Shown: positions 18,881 to 28,000 of the stretch, in pieces
Numbering within the stretch: the stretch's first letter is position 1
Layout: each line of letters opens with the position of its first letter
Origin: a virus
Lineage: Duplodnaviria; Caudoviricetes
IMG/VR virus record: IMGVR_UViG_3300025382_000032
Location: 1 to 30,604 of that record
Length of the DNA: 30,604 nt
Strand: one strand, 5' to 3'
Made by a program: the position numbers and the translations under genes
Notes under the pieces: generated by a model
Databases searched by the model: none
What the model was told of the DNA's origin: nothing
Seen by the model: only the letters and a program-made list of their open reading frames with translations

Positions 18881-19063
18881 TTAGTTTTTGAAGTAAGTGT
18901 CTCGCGCAAAACGCTCATTGGCTTGAGCCAAAATCATGTCATGCAAAGGGGAAACTGTGGTTGGTTGAATTGGTTCTGGCTCTGGAGTAACAACGGGCTC
19001 TGGCTCTGGAGCAATAACTTCTTTTTCTTCTAATACTTCAACAATTTTATCTTTTAATGCCAT
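18881..19063 (-). CDS. Hypothetical protein (60 aa) with two PEPEP repeats
   Basis: AAGGA SD; tightly packed ORF. Confidence 0.7.
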   Translation of the reverse strand: MALKDKIVEVLEEKEVIAPEPEPVVTPEPEPIQPTTVSPLHDMILAQANERFARDTYFKN

Positions 19064-19065
19064 GG

Positions 19066-19299
19066 TTAATCCTTGGTTGGGTTAATGATTGCGGTTGATG
19101 TTTCTTGGTCTAGTGTCATATAGCCATAACACTGAACATTCCAATTGTGCCCGTCACTATGGCTAGTTGATGGCACATTTAACTTAAAATTTTTTAATAG
19201 GTATTCGTTACCATTTTCAAACACTCGCCAAACATGTTCTGGTGTTCCTCTACCAGGTTGGCCGCGGGTTTGATTGTAACGAATAAGGTATTCATTCAT
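19066..19299 (-). CDS. Hypothetical protein (77 aa)
   Basis: TAATG coupling with the cupin gene. Confidence 0.75.
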   Translation of the reverse strand: MNEYLIRYNQTRGQPGRGTPEHVWRVFENGNEYLLKNFKLNVPSTSHSDGHNWNVQCYGYMTLDQETSTAIINPTKD

Positions 19300-19583
19300 T
19301 AAATACCTTTGCCCTCAGCCCAAACATTTACAAACACTGTACCATCTTCTAAGGCTTCAATTTCATGCCATTCAATGGCTACTAAACTAATAGGTTGGGA
19401 TTGCGGAGTAACAATAACTTCTTTGTTTTCTTTGCGAATGATACAAGATCCAGCACAACAGAACGACGCATGGGAAAAAAGGTGACTATGCTTTGGTAAG
19501 CCTTCACCTTTATTACAATGATACACCGCTATATACCCACCATCATACTGAAATTGATGGGTGGGTTCTTTGTTGATAGGCAT
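19299..19583 (-). CDS. Cupin-domain protein (94 aa)
   Basis: GEGLPKHSHLFSH...G and WHEIEALED metal-binding cupin motifs. Confidence 0.85.
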   Translation of the reverse strand: MPINKEPTHQFQYDGGYIAVYHCNKGEGLPKHSHLFSHASFCCAGSCIIRKENKEVIVTPQSQPISLVAIEWHEIEALEDGTVFVNVWAEGKGI

Positions 19584-19904
19584 TTAAATCACCATTGTGC
19601 CAGTCGTTTTAGGTTGGTTTGTTGCCGCACCAGCTTCCAGAGCTTTACGCTCTGCTTCTAATTGTTGCAGTTTTGCGTTGTAAATATTAGTGCAAACGGT
19701 AGCCCAAGTTGGTAGTTCATTAATTACTTGGTTTTGTGGTTTAGTACCATCTGGATTGTCTTTATATTCAATCCAGCCAAGGTTTACTTTCCACTGCAAA
19801 GCATGGACATTCTCTGGAATGTTGGCGCTGGATAGATCTAAATTACCCAAAGCGCCACCATCAATATACATAGTGCTATCGATTGGAATAATAGTGAGTT
19901 GCAT
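19584..19904 (-). CDS. Fibre-associated (assembly chaperone-like) protein (106 aa), paralog of 20938-21267
   Basis: Shared LTII..D...Y.DG..NLDLS...VHALQW..GWIE..P.N..I..LP.WAT.C. Confidence 0.7.
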   Translation of the reverse strand: MQLTIIPIDSTMYIDGGALGNLDLSSANIPENVHALQWKVNLGWIEYKDNPDGTKPQNQVINELPTWATVCTNIYNAKLQQLEAERKALEAGAATNQPKTTGTMVI

Positions 19905-20227
19905 TATTCCCCCGAAATCAGTTTTGGCTCGTCTTTAAAAATGGGTAGCTGGGCTACTTTGGCAGTTTCAATTAGAATCTGCTGGGATTTTTCGTTAGCC
20001 TTGACCATCTCATTTCTAAACGATTCAACTGCTGAAGCGGTAGAATGTTGCTGTCTACCATTTTCAATCAGCATCATTGGCATCCAAGCCATAGCACAAC
20101 CCCATTCGTTTACTTCTGTACCAGTTTGAGGGTGGGTGCCTTTGACTTCAATAAACCAAGAGCATTCCCACAATTTACAGGGTTGAAAACCGTTTAATGG
20201 GCAATTTGATTTAGATTCCAGTTTCAT
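19904..20227 (-). CDS. Cys-rich protein (107 aa), possibly metal-binding
   Basis: CPL..C..C..W and GCAMAW (four Cys), C-terminal helix; GAGGA SD. Confidence 0.75.
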   Translation of the reverse strand: MKLESKSNCPLNGFQPCKLWECSWFIEVKGTHPQTGTEVNEWGCAMAWMPMMLIENGRQQHSTASAVESFRNEMVKANEKSQQILIETAKVAQLPIFKDEPKLISGE

Positions 20228-20230
20228 ATT

Positions 20231-20272
20231 TTCCTCAAAGGTTAAGACTAACCTTTATTGTACAACAAAATT
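20231..20272 (-). promoter_or_regulatory. Conserved cis-element copy B: TTTTGTWGTACAAT box, AGGTT-N6-AACCT inverted repeat, SD
   Basis: Near-identical to 25019-25062. Confidence 0.75.
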
Positions 20273-20924
20273 AATTTTTAGAGCAAATAATAACGTTAGC
20301 GTATTGAACATTCAAAGTAATAGCTGAAGATGATGCTGAACCAGAAATAGAATGGGTATGTGAGCCACCACCACCTGCAGCCCCTGTTGTTACTGTTCCA
20401 TTTAAAGTGCTTCCATAACTAAAATTACAACCACCACAACCATATGCTTTAGGGCTAGTATGAGTATGGCTAGGGATCTGAGCTGTAGAAAGTGTTGTTG
20501 CACCAGCGCTCAAGCCAGATACGTTAATGGTAGGTGTTTGGTTTGCAAATACGGTGCTAAATGCTGTTGTACCACCTGTGCCACCACCAGTGCTACTAGT
20601 AACTCTTAGTGCATAGTCGTTCAATGTGGTTACTTGAGTCCAGCCAGATGGAGCGGAAGCTTGATACAGTAAAAACACTGAGCCAGATGGCACAGATGGG
20701 GTAACTGTGACTGCTGACCAAGTTGGGGCTGCCGCACCGTTAGACTGAAGATAGTAGCCTGATGTACCAACTACTGTATAAGCATGCGCTGTACCCGTAC
20801 CATAGCCAACACCACCATTTGTTGGGGTAGCAGTTGAGTTAGTACCTCCACCAGAAATGCCCAGCACTCCCGAGGAGTTAATTTGCGAGCTTTCAATAGC
20901 TACGCTTTGTGCTTGTGTTGTCAT
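20271..20924 (-). CDS. Short tail fibre with collar-like domain and HxH needle tip (217 aa)
   Basis: PSGSV..APSGW collar motif; TLSTAQIPSHTH and GSHTH; VIICSKN end. Confidence 0.8.
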   Translation of the reverse strand: MTTQAQSVAIESSQINSSGVLGISGGGTNSTATPTNGGVGYGTGTAHAYTVVGTSGYYLQSNGAAAPTWSAVTVTPSVPSGSVFLLYQASAPSGWTQVTTLNDYALRVTSSTGGGTGGTTAFSTVFANQTPTINVSGLSAGATTLSTAQIPSHTHTSPKAYGCGGCNFSYGSTLNGTVTTGAAGGGGSHTHSISGSASSSAITLNVQYANVIICSKN

Positions 20925-20937
20925 TTAGGACTTTCTA

Positions 20938-21267
20938 TTAGACAGTTGTGGTTCCAACAGTTTTGGGCTGGTTAGCTGCCGCTTTAGCAACTGCCTCAGC
21001 TAAGGCTGCTGCATCGGCTGCTACTTTAGCATCGTAAATAGTTACGCAAGCAGTTGCCCAAGCTGGGAGAGCTGTGATAGCTTCGTTAGCTGGTTTGTGA
21101 CCATTTTGGTCATCTAAAAATTCAATCCACCCAGCGTTGTTAGTAGCATTCCACTGAAGTGCGTGGACATCAGCTGGGATACCAGCGGTGGATAGATCTA
21201 GGTTAGCTAAAGACACACCGTCCACATAGACAGCTTTGTCATCAGCAATAATAGTTAATTTGTTCAT
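20938..21267 (-). CDS. Fibre-associated (assembly chaperone-like) protein (109 aa)
   Basis: Directly follows a fibre gene; paralog of 19584-19904. Confidence 0.7.
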   Translation of the reverse strand: MNKLTIIADDKAVYVDGVSLANLDLSTAGIPADVHALQWNATNNAGWIEFLDDQNGHKPANEAITALPAWATACVTIYDAKVAADAAALAEAVAKAAANQPKTVGTTTV

Positions 21268-21288
21268 GGGTTATTTCTCCGTTAAGAA

Positions 21289-22395
21289 TTAGTTTTTGCT
21301 GCAAATGATGACGTTGGCGTAACGTACGTTTAAAGTAATAGTAGATGATGATGCTGAACCAGAAATAGAGTGAGTATGTGAACCGCCCCCGCCAGCACTA
21401 TTGGTTACCCCTGATGAACTTCCATAAGTTGTCTGAATTGCACCACCTGGGGGGCAAGGGCAAAACCCGCCACTAGCTAGATATCCGTGTGCATGGCTTG
21501 CAATTTGTGCAGTAGAAAGGGTTGTTGCAGCAGCAGAAAGTCCAGATACGTTAATACTCGGTGTTTGGTTAGTAAATACTGAGCTATATGCTGTTGTACC
21601 ACCAGTTGATCCGCCAGTGCCAGATACCAAACGTAAGTCATAGTCATTAAGGGTTGTTACTTGAGTCCAGCCTGTTGGTGCTGCAGACTGGTAAAATAGT
21701 AACACAGAGCCAGAGGGGATTGAAGCGGTTGCAGCTGAGCCAGAGTATCCAGAGAATCCAGAGTATCCGGACACACCAGAACCACTATAGCCAGAAAAAC
21801 CAGAAGTGCCGTTAGTACCATTAGTGCCATTAGTTCCACTGTAACCAGAAAACCCTGATGTACCATTAGTGCCAGTAACTCCACTGTAGCCACTATAGCC
21901 ACTGTAGCCAGATGTACCAGTTACAGCCGCATTGGAGAAATATTGAACTTCAATTAAGTCGCCAGTAATTGCACCAGTTGCTAAAACAATAGAGGTGCCA
22001 TTAGTTGCTGTGTAGTCAGTTAATCCAAGCTTAACACCGTTACGGTAAACACCTTGTAAAAGTGTTGGGCTATAAGTTACGGAAAAAGTAGTTTGACCAG
22101 AAGTGGCTGTAAAATCAACAGTGTTAAGAGTTGCACTAGCTCCAGAAAAACCAGAGTAGCCAGAGTAGCCAGAAAAACCAGATCCACCAGAAAAGCCAAT
22201 ACCGCTGTAACCAGAAAATCCAGAATAACCAGATGTTCCGATTAAAACAGCAATTCCAGAACCCGTGTTGTAATATATTTTACCGTCTGGAATGTTGAGC
22301 GCAAGCTCGCCTGCCTGTAAATTGGATGTGGTTGGCTGGTTACCCGAAGTATTGCTATGGAACAGAACTATCGGTGTATATCCGGATTGTGCCAT
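21289..22395 (-). CDS. Fibre protein with Mtd_N-like N-terminus, Ser-Gly-X repeats, collar-like domain and HxH tip (368 aa)
   Basis: LQAGELALNIPDGKIYY; two SGY/SGF blocks; APTGW, SHAH, SHTH. Confidence 0.8.
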   Translation of the reverse strand: MAQSGYTPIVLFHSNTSGNQPTTSNLQAGELALNIPDGKIYYNTGSGIAVLIGTSGYSGFSGYSGIGFSGGSGFSGYSGYSGFSGASATLNTVDFTATSGQTTFSVTYSPTLLQGVYRNGVKLGLTDYTATNGTSIVLATGAITGDLIEVQYFSNAAVTGTSGYSGYSGYSGVTGTNGTSGFSGYSGTNGTNGTNGTSGFSGYSGSGVSGYSGFSGYSGSAATASIPSGSVLLFYQSAAPTGWTQVTTLNDYDLRLVSGTGGSTGGTTAYSSVFTNQTPSINVSGLSAAATTLSTAQIASHAHGYLASGGFCPCPPGGAIQTTYGSSSGVTNSAGGGGSHTHSISGSASSSTITLNVRYANVIICSKN

Positions 22396-22398
22396 CTT

Positions 22399-22833
22399 TT
22401 ATTTCCTTAAATGTTCTAAGATTTCTTTTGGTTTTACAAACCGATCATTTCGGTGTTCAGTAGCTTCCCACCATATAAATTGATTAGCTACTAAACATGA
22501 TCGATCTTTTAGTAGATTAATATTTTCTGGATGCCCCCAAATCAACGGATCAGATGGCCCCCATATTACAATCCCAGGTACTTTTTCATCCCAGGCTAAA
22601 TGTTGAAAAAAGCTATCTACTCCAATCCAAGTTTTGCATTCATGTAACAGCTTACGCAATTCTGAAATAGGTAGATTTTTTCTAAAATCTGGTACAAGTT
22701 GTTTTTCACCTTCAACGCCAACTTGTACAATTGGTTCGTCAATCATTTCAACCAGTGTTTCCCAATATGGATAGTTCTTTGGGTTTTGCTTTTCTGTTCT
22801 TAACTTTTGTGCATATGGGGCTATAATAATCAT
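22399..22833 (-). CDS. GT9 (heptosyltransferase-like, GT-B) C-terminal domain protein (144 aa)
   Basis: IIIAP..KNYPYW..WIGVDSFFQHLA..IWGPSDP..WG matches the RfaF/RfaC-type G.DSG..HLA..FGPT.P pattern. Confidence 0.85.
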   Translation of the reverse strand: MIIIAPYAQKLRTEKQNPKNYPYWETLVEMIDEPIVQVGVEGEKQLVPDFRKNLPISELRKLLHECKTWIGVDSFFQHLAWDEKVPGIVIWGPSDPLIWGHPENINLLKDRSCLVANQFIWWEATEHRNDRFVKPKEILEHLRK

Positions 22834-23798
22834 AAGTACATATTCCTATATGCACTTTCCAAGTCGCCCTTCCACTTCCACTGATCCATCTTTTTATAAA
22901 TATTCCAATGATCTAAATCACCAAACAAATTTATTGCTTCAATGATTGGTCGCCCGGGAATAACTTGAGGATAACAAGAAAAAACTTCAGCACTAGGAAT
23001 TGAAGGTAACACATGACTGAATACAATATGGTCACCAAGACCACAATTAAGAACCACAATGGTTTTATCACGGTATTGCAGAAAATTTCTAAAAATTTGC
23101 TCATCGTGCTCATACATTTCTTTCTTTGTTTCGCTACGAATCCCACCTTGAGGATTCTTCATGTGCCATGTTACTGCGTTAGGCACAACTAAAATCTGAT
23201 AATTCTTTCGATGCAAACCGTATGTAAACAGTGTTTCTTCTCGATGGGCAACACGCGATAACCCAAGATTATAATCATAGACACCAGCGCGATACAAAAA
23301 AGTGCAGTGTAAATGTTCAACTTGTTTTACCTTTTCAATAGCTCCCCACTGAATGTTGGGCTCTGAATCAATGTTATCAATCTTGCCACTAACTTCACTT
23401 GTGTCTGGCATGTAAGGCGGAGTTAATACTGAACCACCAACTGCACCAACATTAGTTAAAGCATAAGAATACAATGTTTCTAAAACATTTGGTTCTGGAA
23501 TAGCATCATCATCAACACGCCATACCCATTCATATCCAGCAGTATTAGCTTGTTGGTGAATATGGTGTTGTCCTTTTCTAGGAGCAAACCGCCATTCCCA
23601 CTCAATCTTTTTAGCATCTAACATCTGAAAAAAGTAGCTATAAATCAACTCTTTTCGCATGTCTTGTGGCTCGTCATTATCATCAAATATAACCAGCTTA
23701 TCTACTGGCTTTGTTTGATTAATAATGGCATTTAATACCAAGGGTAGTGTTGTGAAGTAGCGACCCCTAGTTGCTACAGAACAGAGTACTTTACTCAT
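22830..23798 (-). CDS. GT2-like glycosyltransferase fused to a GT9-like N-terminal segment (322 aa)
   Basis: NQTKPVDKLVIFDD, WRVDDD (DxD), REET; C-terminal IVVLNCGLGDHIV. Confidence 0.85.
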   Translation of the reverse strand: MSKVLCSVATRGRYFTTLPLVLNAIINQTKPVDKLVIFDDNDEPQDMRKELIYSYFFQMLDAKKIEWEWRFAPRKGQHHIHQQANTAGYEWVWRVDDDAIPEPNVLETLYSYALTNVGAVGGSVLTPPYMPDTSEVSGKIDNIDSEPNIQWGAIEKVKQVEHLHCTFLYRAGVYDYNLGLSRVAHREETLFTYGLHRKNYQILVVPNAVTWHMKNPQGGIRSETKKEMYEHDEQIFRNFLQYRDKTIVVLNCGLGDHIVFSHVLPSIPSAEVFSCYPQVIPGRPIIEAINLFGDLDHWNIYKKMDQWKWKGDLESAYRNMYL

Positions 23799-25014
23799 TG
23801 TCCCACCGGCAGATCATTAAGTTGCTTGGATTGCTATCTGATACTGGTATCATAGCGTCTGATATATTACCAGCATGGTTAATATATGCAAACTTAAAAC
23901 CGTTAAAATCTTTTTCAGTTAACCCATGCAACTTGTGATGCTCACCCCAAAAACCTTTAGGTTCATTATGGGGTACTGTAATTAGTAAACGCTTACAGTG
24001 TTGTTTTAGCTTTTCAACAATTTCTAAACCATTGTCAAGGTGCTCAATTACTTCAAATGCCACGATAGTATCGTATTGACCTAGAATAAATTTGTTAATG
24101 TCACCACTAACAAACAGATTATTTAATCCATTCCAGTTTTGGTCTTTAGCCACATCAACAATAATTGGATCGTAATCTAAACCAATGTAGTTAATGTAGT
24201 CTGGGAAGAACTGCCTTCCATAACCAGTGGAACAACCAATTTCTAATATGCTACTACCATCAAAATTTTCTACTGCCCATTCATAACGCTGGGTCTCGCG
24301 CGGGAACACTGGATCGCCTTTAAGAAAGACTGCTCGCTCGTAGTTGTTTGACAAGCGCCAGTAATACCATTTAGGATTATATTTCTTTGCTAACTTTAAT
24401 TCATTTAGCAAAAAGATATTATCCCAATTTTGCACTAAGGCTGTATTGTGTACTGTGCCTTCTGCAGCATGATAAATTGGAAATGACCCATCATCCCAGT
24501 TAGCTGTAATTTTAAACCCAGCTTGTTCTGCTTTGTAGCAAAACTCAATATCTTCACAACCGCCAGTACCGTACTCTTCGTTAAGTAAACCAATCGTATC
24601 AAATACTTTACGGTCAATCATCACACAGAAAAACACTGCAAATCGGCGTTGTGTAATGTGTGAAAACTGTGTCCAAACTGCTGAAATGTCGCCAGTATCT
24701 AATTTTTCTAACCAGCTATCGTGCAGTATCTGTGTATCGTTATTAAGTAACACAATACGGTTTGCTGTTGCCACATTAATACCAGCGTTTGTTGCTTTTG
24801 CAAAACCTAAAGGTTCTTTGCTATCAACCCATTTAAAATGAGGTATTGCTGTTTTTAAATAATTTAAATATGCACTGGTATTGTCTGTACATCCATTCGA
24901 GGATACAATTAACTCTACATCATTCATATTACTATGTTTGATAATAGAGTCAATACAAGGCTTTAAATATTTTTCACAATTGTTATATGTTGGTATAACG
25001 ATGCTATATTTCAT
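23791..25014 (-). CDS. GT2 glycosyltransferase - class I SAM methyltransferase fusion
   Basis: SIVIPTYN, NGCTDNT, LGFAKATNAG, LLNND, EDIEFC; then ILEIGCSTGYG and YDTIVAFEVIEHL; ATG at 25014 has an AAGGA SD. Confidence 0.92.
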   Translation of the reverse strand: MKYSIVIPTYNNCEKYLKPCIDSIIKHSNMNDVELIVSSNGCTDNTSAYLNYLKTAIPHFKWVDSKEPLGFAKATNAGINVATANRIVLLNNDTQILHDSWLEKLDTGDISAVWTQFSHITQRRFAVFFCVMIDRKVFDTIGLLNEEYGTGGCEDIEFCYKAEQAGFKITANWDDGSFPIYHAAEGTVHNTALVQNWDNIFLLNELKLAKKYNPKWYYWRLSNNYERAVFLKGDPVFPRETQRYEWAVENFDGSSILEIGCSTGYGRQFFPDYINYIGLDYDPIIVDVAKDQNWNGLNNLFVSGDINKFILGQYDTIVAFEVIEHLDNGLEIVEKLKQHCKRLLITVPHNEPKGFWGEHHKLHGLTEKDFNGFKFAYINHAGNISDAMIPVSDSNPSNLMICRWDNE

Positions 25015-25018
25015 GCTA

Positions 25019-25062
25019 TTCCTTAAAGGTTTATACAAACCTCTATATTGTACTACAAAATT
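25019..25062 (-). promoter_or_regulatory. Conserved cis-element copy A: TTTTGTWGTACAAT box, AGGTT-N6-AACCT inverted repeat, SD
   Basis: Near-identical to 20231-20272. Confidence 0.75.
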
Positions 25063-28000
25063 TTAAAATACTCCGCCGTTAATTCCTGCTGTAACTGCGT
25101 TTGTTGTTCCGTTGTAGGTAATGCCAGTGTTAGTATAAACAGGCTGACTACCCGACACACCAGTTACCAAAACTAAATAGTTTGTAGTTGCTGTTGAGTT
25201 GCTTACCGATACGCTACCTGCGTTAGATGACGTCCATGTAGGAGCATAACCAGAACCTTGGGTAGTCAATACATAACCGCTAGTACCGTAGGTGCCGTTA
25301 AATGCCACTGCACCAGAAGTGTTGATGGTCATCGCATCGGTAGTACTATTTCCAATTACAAAATGAATTGAATTAGAGCTAAATGTACCAATAGCTAAAT
25401 CGCCACCAGTTGAATATAAGTAGGTCTCATTTGGTGCAGCAAAACCGCCAGCACTACTAAATCCAGAGCCATTAATACCAAAGTCACCGTAGTTAGTACC
25501 GGAGGTACCAGCGTTACTGGAAACAATAAAGTCAGCAGACGCTTGCGTACCAGTGCTGGTATTTTGCAAAATCATCTGAGCATAGGTATTTACGCTTGCT
25601 TGGAAGCTTGCAAAAATATTGGTATCAGTATAGTTTAATGTACCGTAACTAAATGCACCAGCTGAAGCTGCACTAGCAATTGATCCGTTGGCTACATAAT
25701 CTGGCGATGTTAACACGCCAGTTGAGCCATTAAAAGTCAGAGCATTGGTACTAAAGCCATATGGTGTTTGGTTAGATCCCAAAGTTGGGACTGATACCAA
25801 ATAGTAGTTTGCGTTAGTTGTGCTGTTAGTTGCATTAATTGCGGTAGATGGGCCATTAAGACCACTATAGCCAGATGTGCCAGAATACCCACTAAAACCA
25901 CTGTAACCACTAAATCCAGATAAGCCTACTTGACCACTGTAGCCAGAAAATCCAGAGTAACCAGAAACACCAGCACTACCATTAAATCCAGAAATACCAC
26001 TAAAACCACTATAGCCAGAATAGCCCGAAGTACCGTTAGTGCCAGTACCGCCACTATAGCCACTATAACCAGAAATGCCAGAATAACCAGATGTACCTAC
26101 TTGACCACTATAGCCAGAAAATCCACTGTAGCCAGAAATACCAGATGAACCCGTTGCACCAGAAATACCAGAAAAGCCACTGAAACCGCTGTAGCCCGAT
26201 ATACCGCTATATCCAGAGTAACCAGAGATGCCAGAGTAACCAGAAATGCCAGAGTAACCAGAGGTGCCAGAGTAACCGGAGGTGCCACTATAGCCACTGT
26301 AACCAGAAATACCAGATGAGCCCGTTGCTCCAGAGATTCCAGAAAAACCACTATAGCCAGAGTAACCAGAAGTTCCTACTTGACCGCTATAGCCAGAAAT
26401 TCCACTATAGCCCGATGTACCACTGTAACCAGATACACCAGAGCCACTGTAACCAGAAGTGCCACTATAACCAGAGATGCCGCTAAAGCCAGAAGTACCA
26501 CTATAACCAGAGATACCGCTAAAGCCAGAAGTACCACTATAACCAGAGATACCACTAAAGCCAGAAGTACCTATTGCTCCACTATAACCAGAAAATCCAC
26601 TATAACCGGAAAATCCACTAACACCGTTAACAATACCTAAAATAACGGGTTCGTTATTTGGTAAATTAGTTGTACCAGAACCATGTGATTTTATTAAAGT
26701 TACTGGATAATTCCAATAGCTAGTAGCGCTATCTAGGTTGGTATTGGTTGGTGTTCCAGTTACTTGCCAAATTTGATAGTTGCCGCTATCAACTTGGTCT
26801 TGAATAATAAATTCTTCACCATTAATGATATTTGCTAAAAAAATATCAATGTCGATATTGGTTTGGGTTAAGTGCGAAACACTAACTACTGTCGCGCTAG
26901 TTTGTGTAGCATTGTTCCACAACAAAAATCCATCACCAGGGTATCCAGATGTGGTTGCCGTATTGGTTTTGTATTGGAACGCAACTGTAGAGTTGCCAGG
27001 GGTTCCAGAAAAACCACTATAACCAGAAATGCCGCTATAACCAGAAATACCACTATAACCAGAAATACCACTATAACCAGAATAGCCAGAAATACCACTA
27101 AAACCACTATAGCCACTAATTCCTGAGCCAGAATACCCTGAGATACCACTGTAACCAGAAATGCCACTATAACCGCTATAGCCACTTATGCCACTATAGC
27201 CACTTATGCCACTATAGCCACTGTAGCCAGAAATACCACTAAAACCACTATAACCACTGTAACCGGACACACCCGAACCACTATATCCAGAAATACCACT
27301 AAAGCCACTATAACCAGATACGCCAGAGCCACTATAACCAGAGATACCACTGTAGCCACTATAACCAGAGATACCACTGTAGCCACTATAACCAGAGATA
27401 CCACTAAAACCACTGTAGCCACTGTATCCACTTATACCAGAACCTGAATATCCAGATATACCAGAAAAGCCAGAAATACCAGACATACCACTGTAGCCAG
27501 AGGCGCCGCTAAAACCACTATAACCAGAGATGCCACTATAACCCGATGTTCCAGATATACCAGAAAAACCACTATAGCCACTATAGCCAGAAATTCCAGA
27601 ACCAGAGTAACCAGAAATACCCGAAAAACCAGATAGACCAGATACGCCACTATAGCCACTAAATCCACTGAAACCAGACAAACCAGAAAAACCACTTATA
27701 CCAGAAGCACCAGAAAATCCACTATATCCACTAAAGCCACTAAAGCCAGAAATGCCAGAGCCACTATAGCCACTATAGCCAGACCATCCACTGTATCCAG
27801 AAGCACCGTTAATGCCGCTGTAACCAGAAGCACCGTTAATGCCGCTGTAACCACTATAACCAGATGTGCCGTCAGTACCGTTAGTACCACTATAACCACT
27901 GTAGCCAGAATAACCTGACCAACCAGATACAGGTCCTAAAACTTGGGTTGATCCGTCGCTATAGTAAACATTAATATTGCCATTCGATGGCGTATAAGTC

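Noticed and set aside
20271-21720. Diversity-generating retroelement template/variable repeat pair
   Set aside because: Both copies are intact genes, differences are mostly synonymous and not adenine-specific, and there is no reverse transcriptase in the window
25015-25038. Listed upstream start for the GT2-MTase (TTG at 25038)
   Set aside because: Falls inside the conserved cis-element; ATG at 25014 has an SD and begins the GT2 motif
25930-27899. Hydrophobic VIVA-type and TTITR-type alternative-frame ORFs
   Set aside because: By-products of the SGX repeat read in other frames; no RBS or independent support
25855-27927. CRISPR array or non-coding satellite
   Set aside because: 9-nt periodic, in-frame coding repeat with synonymous variation and no unique spacers
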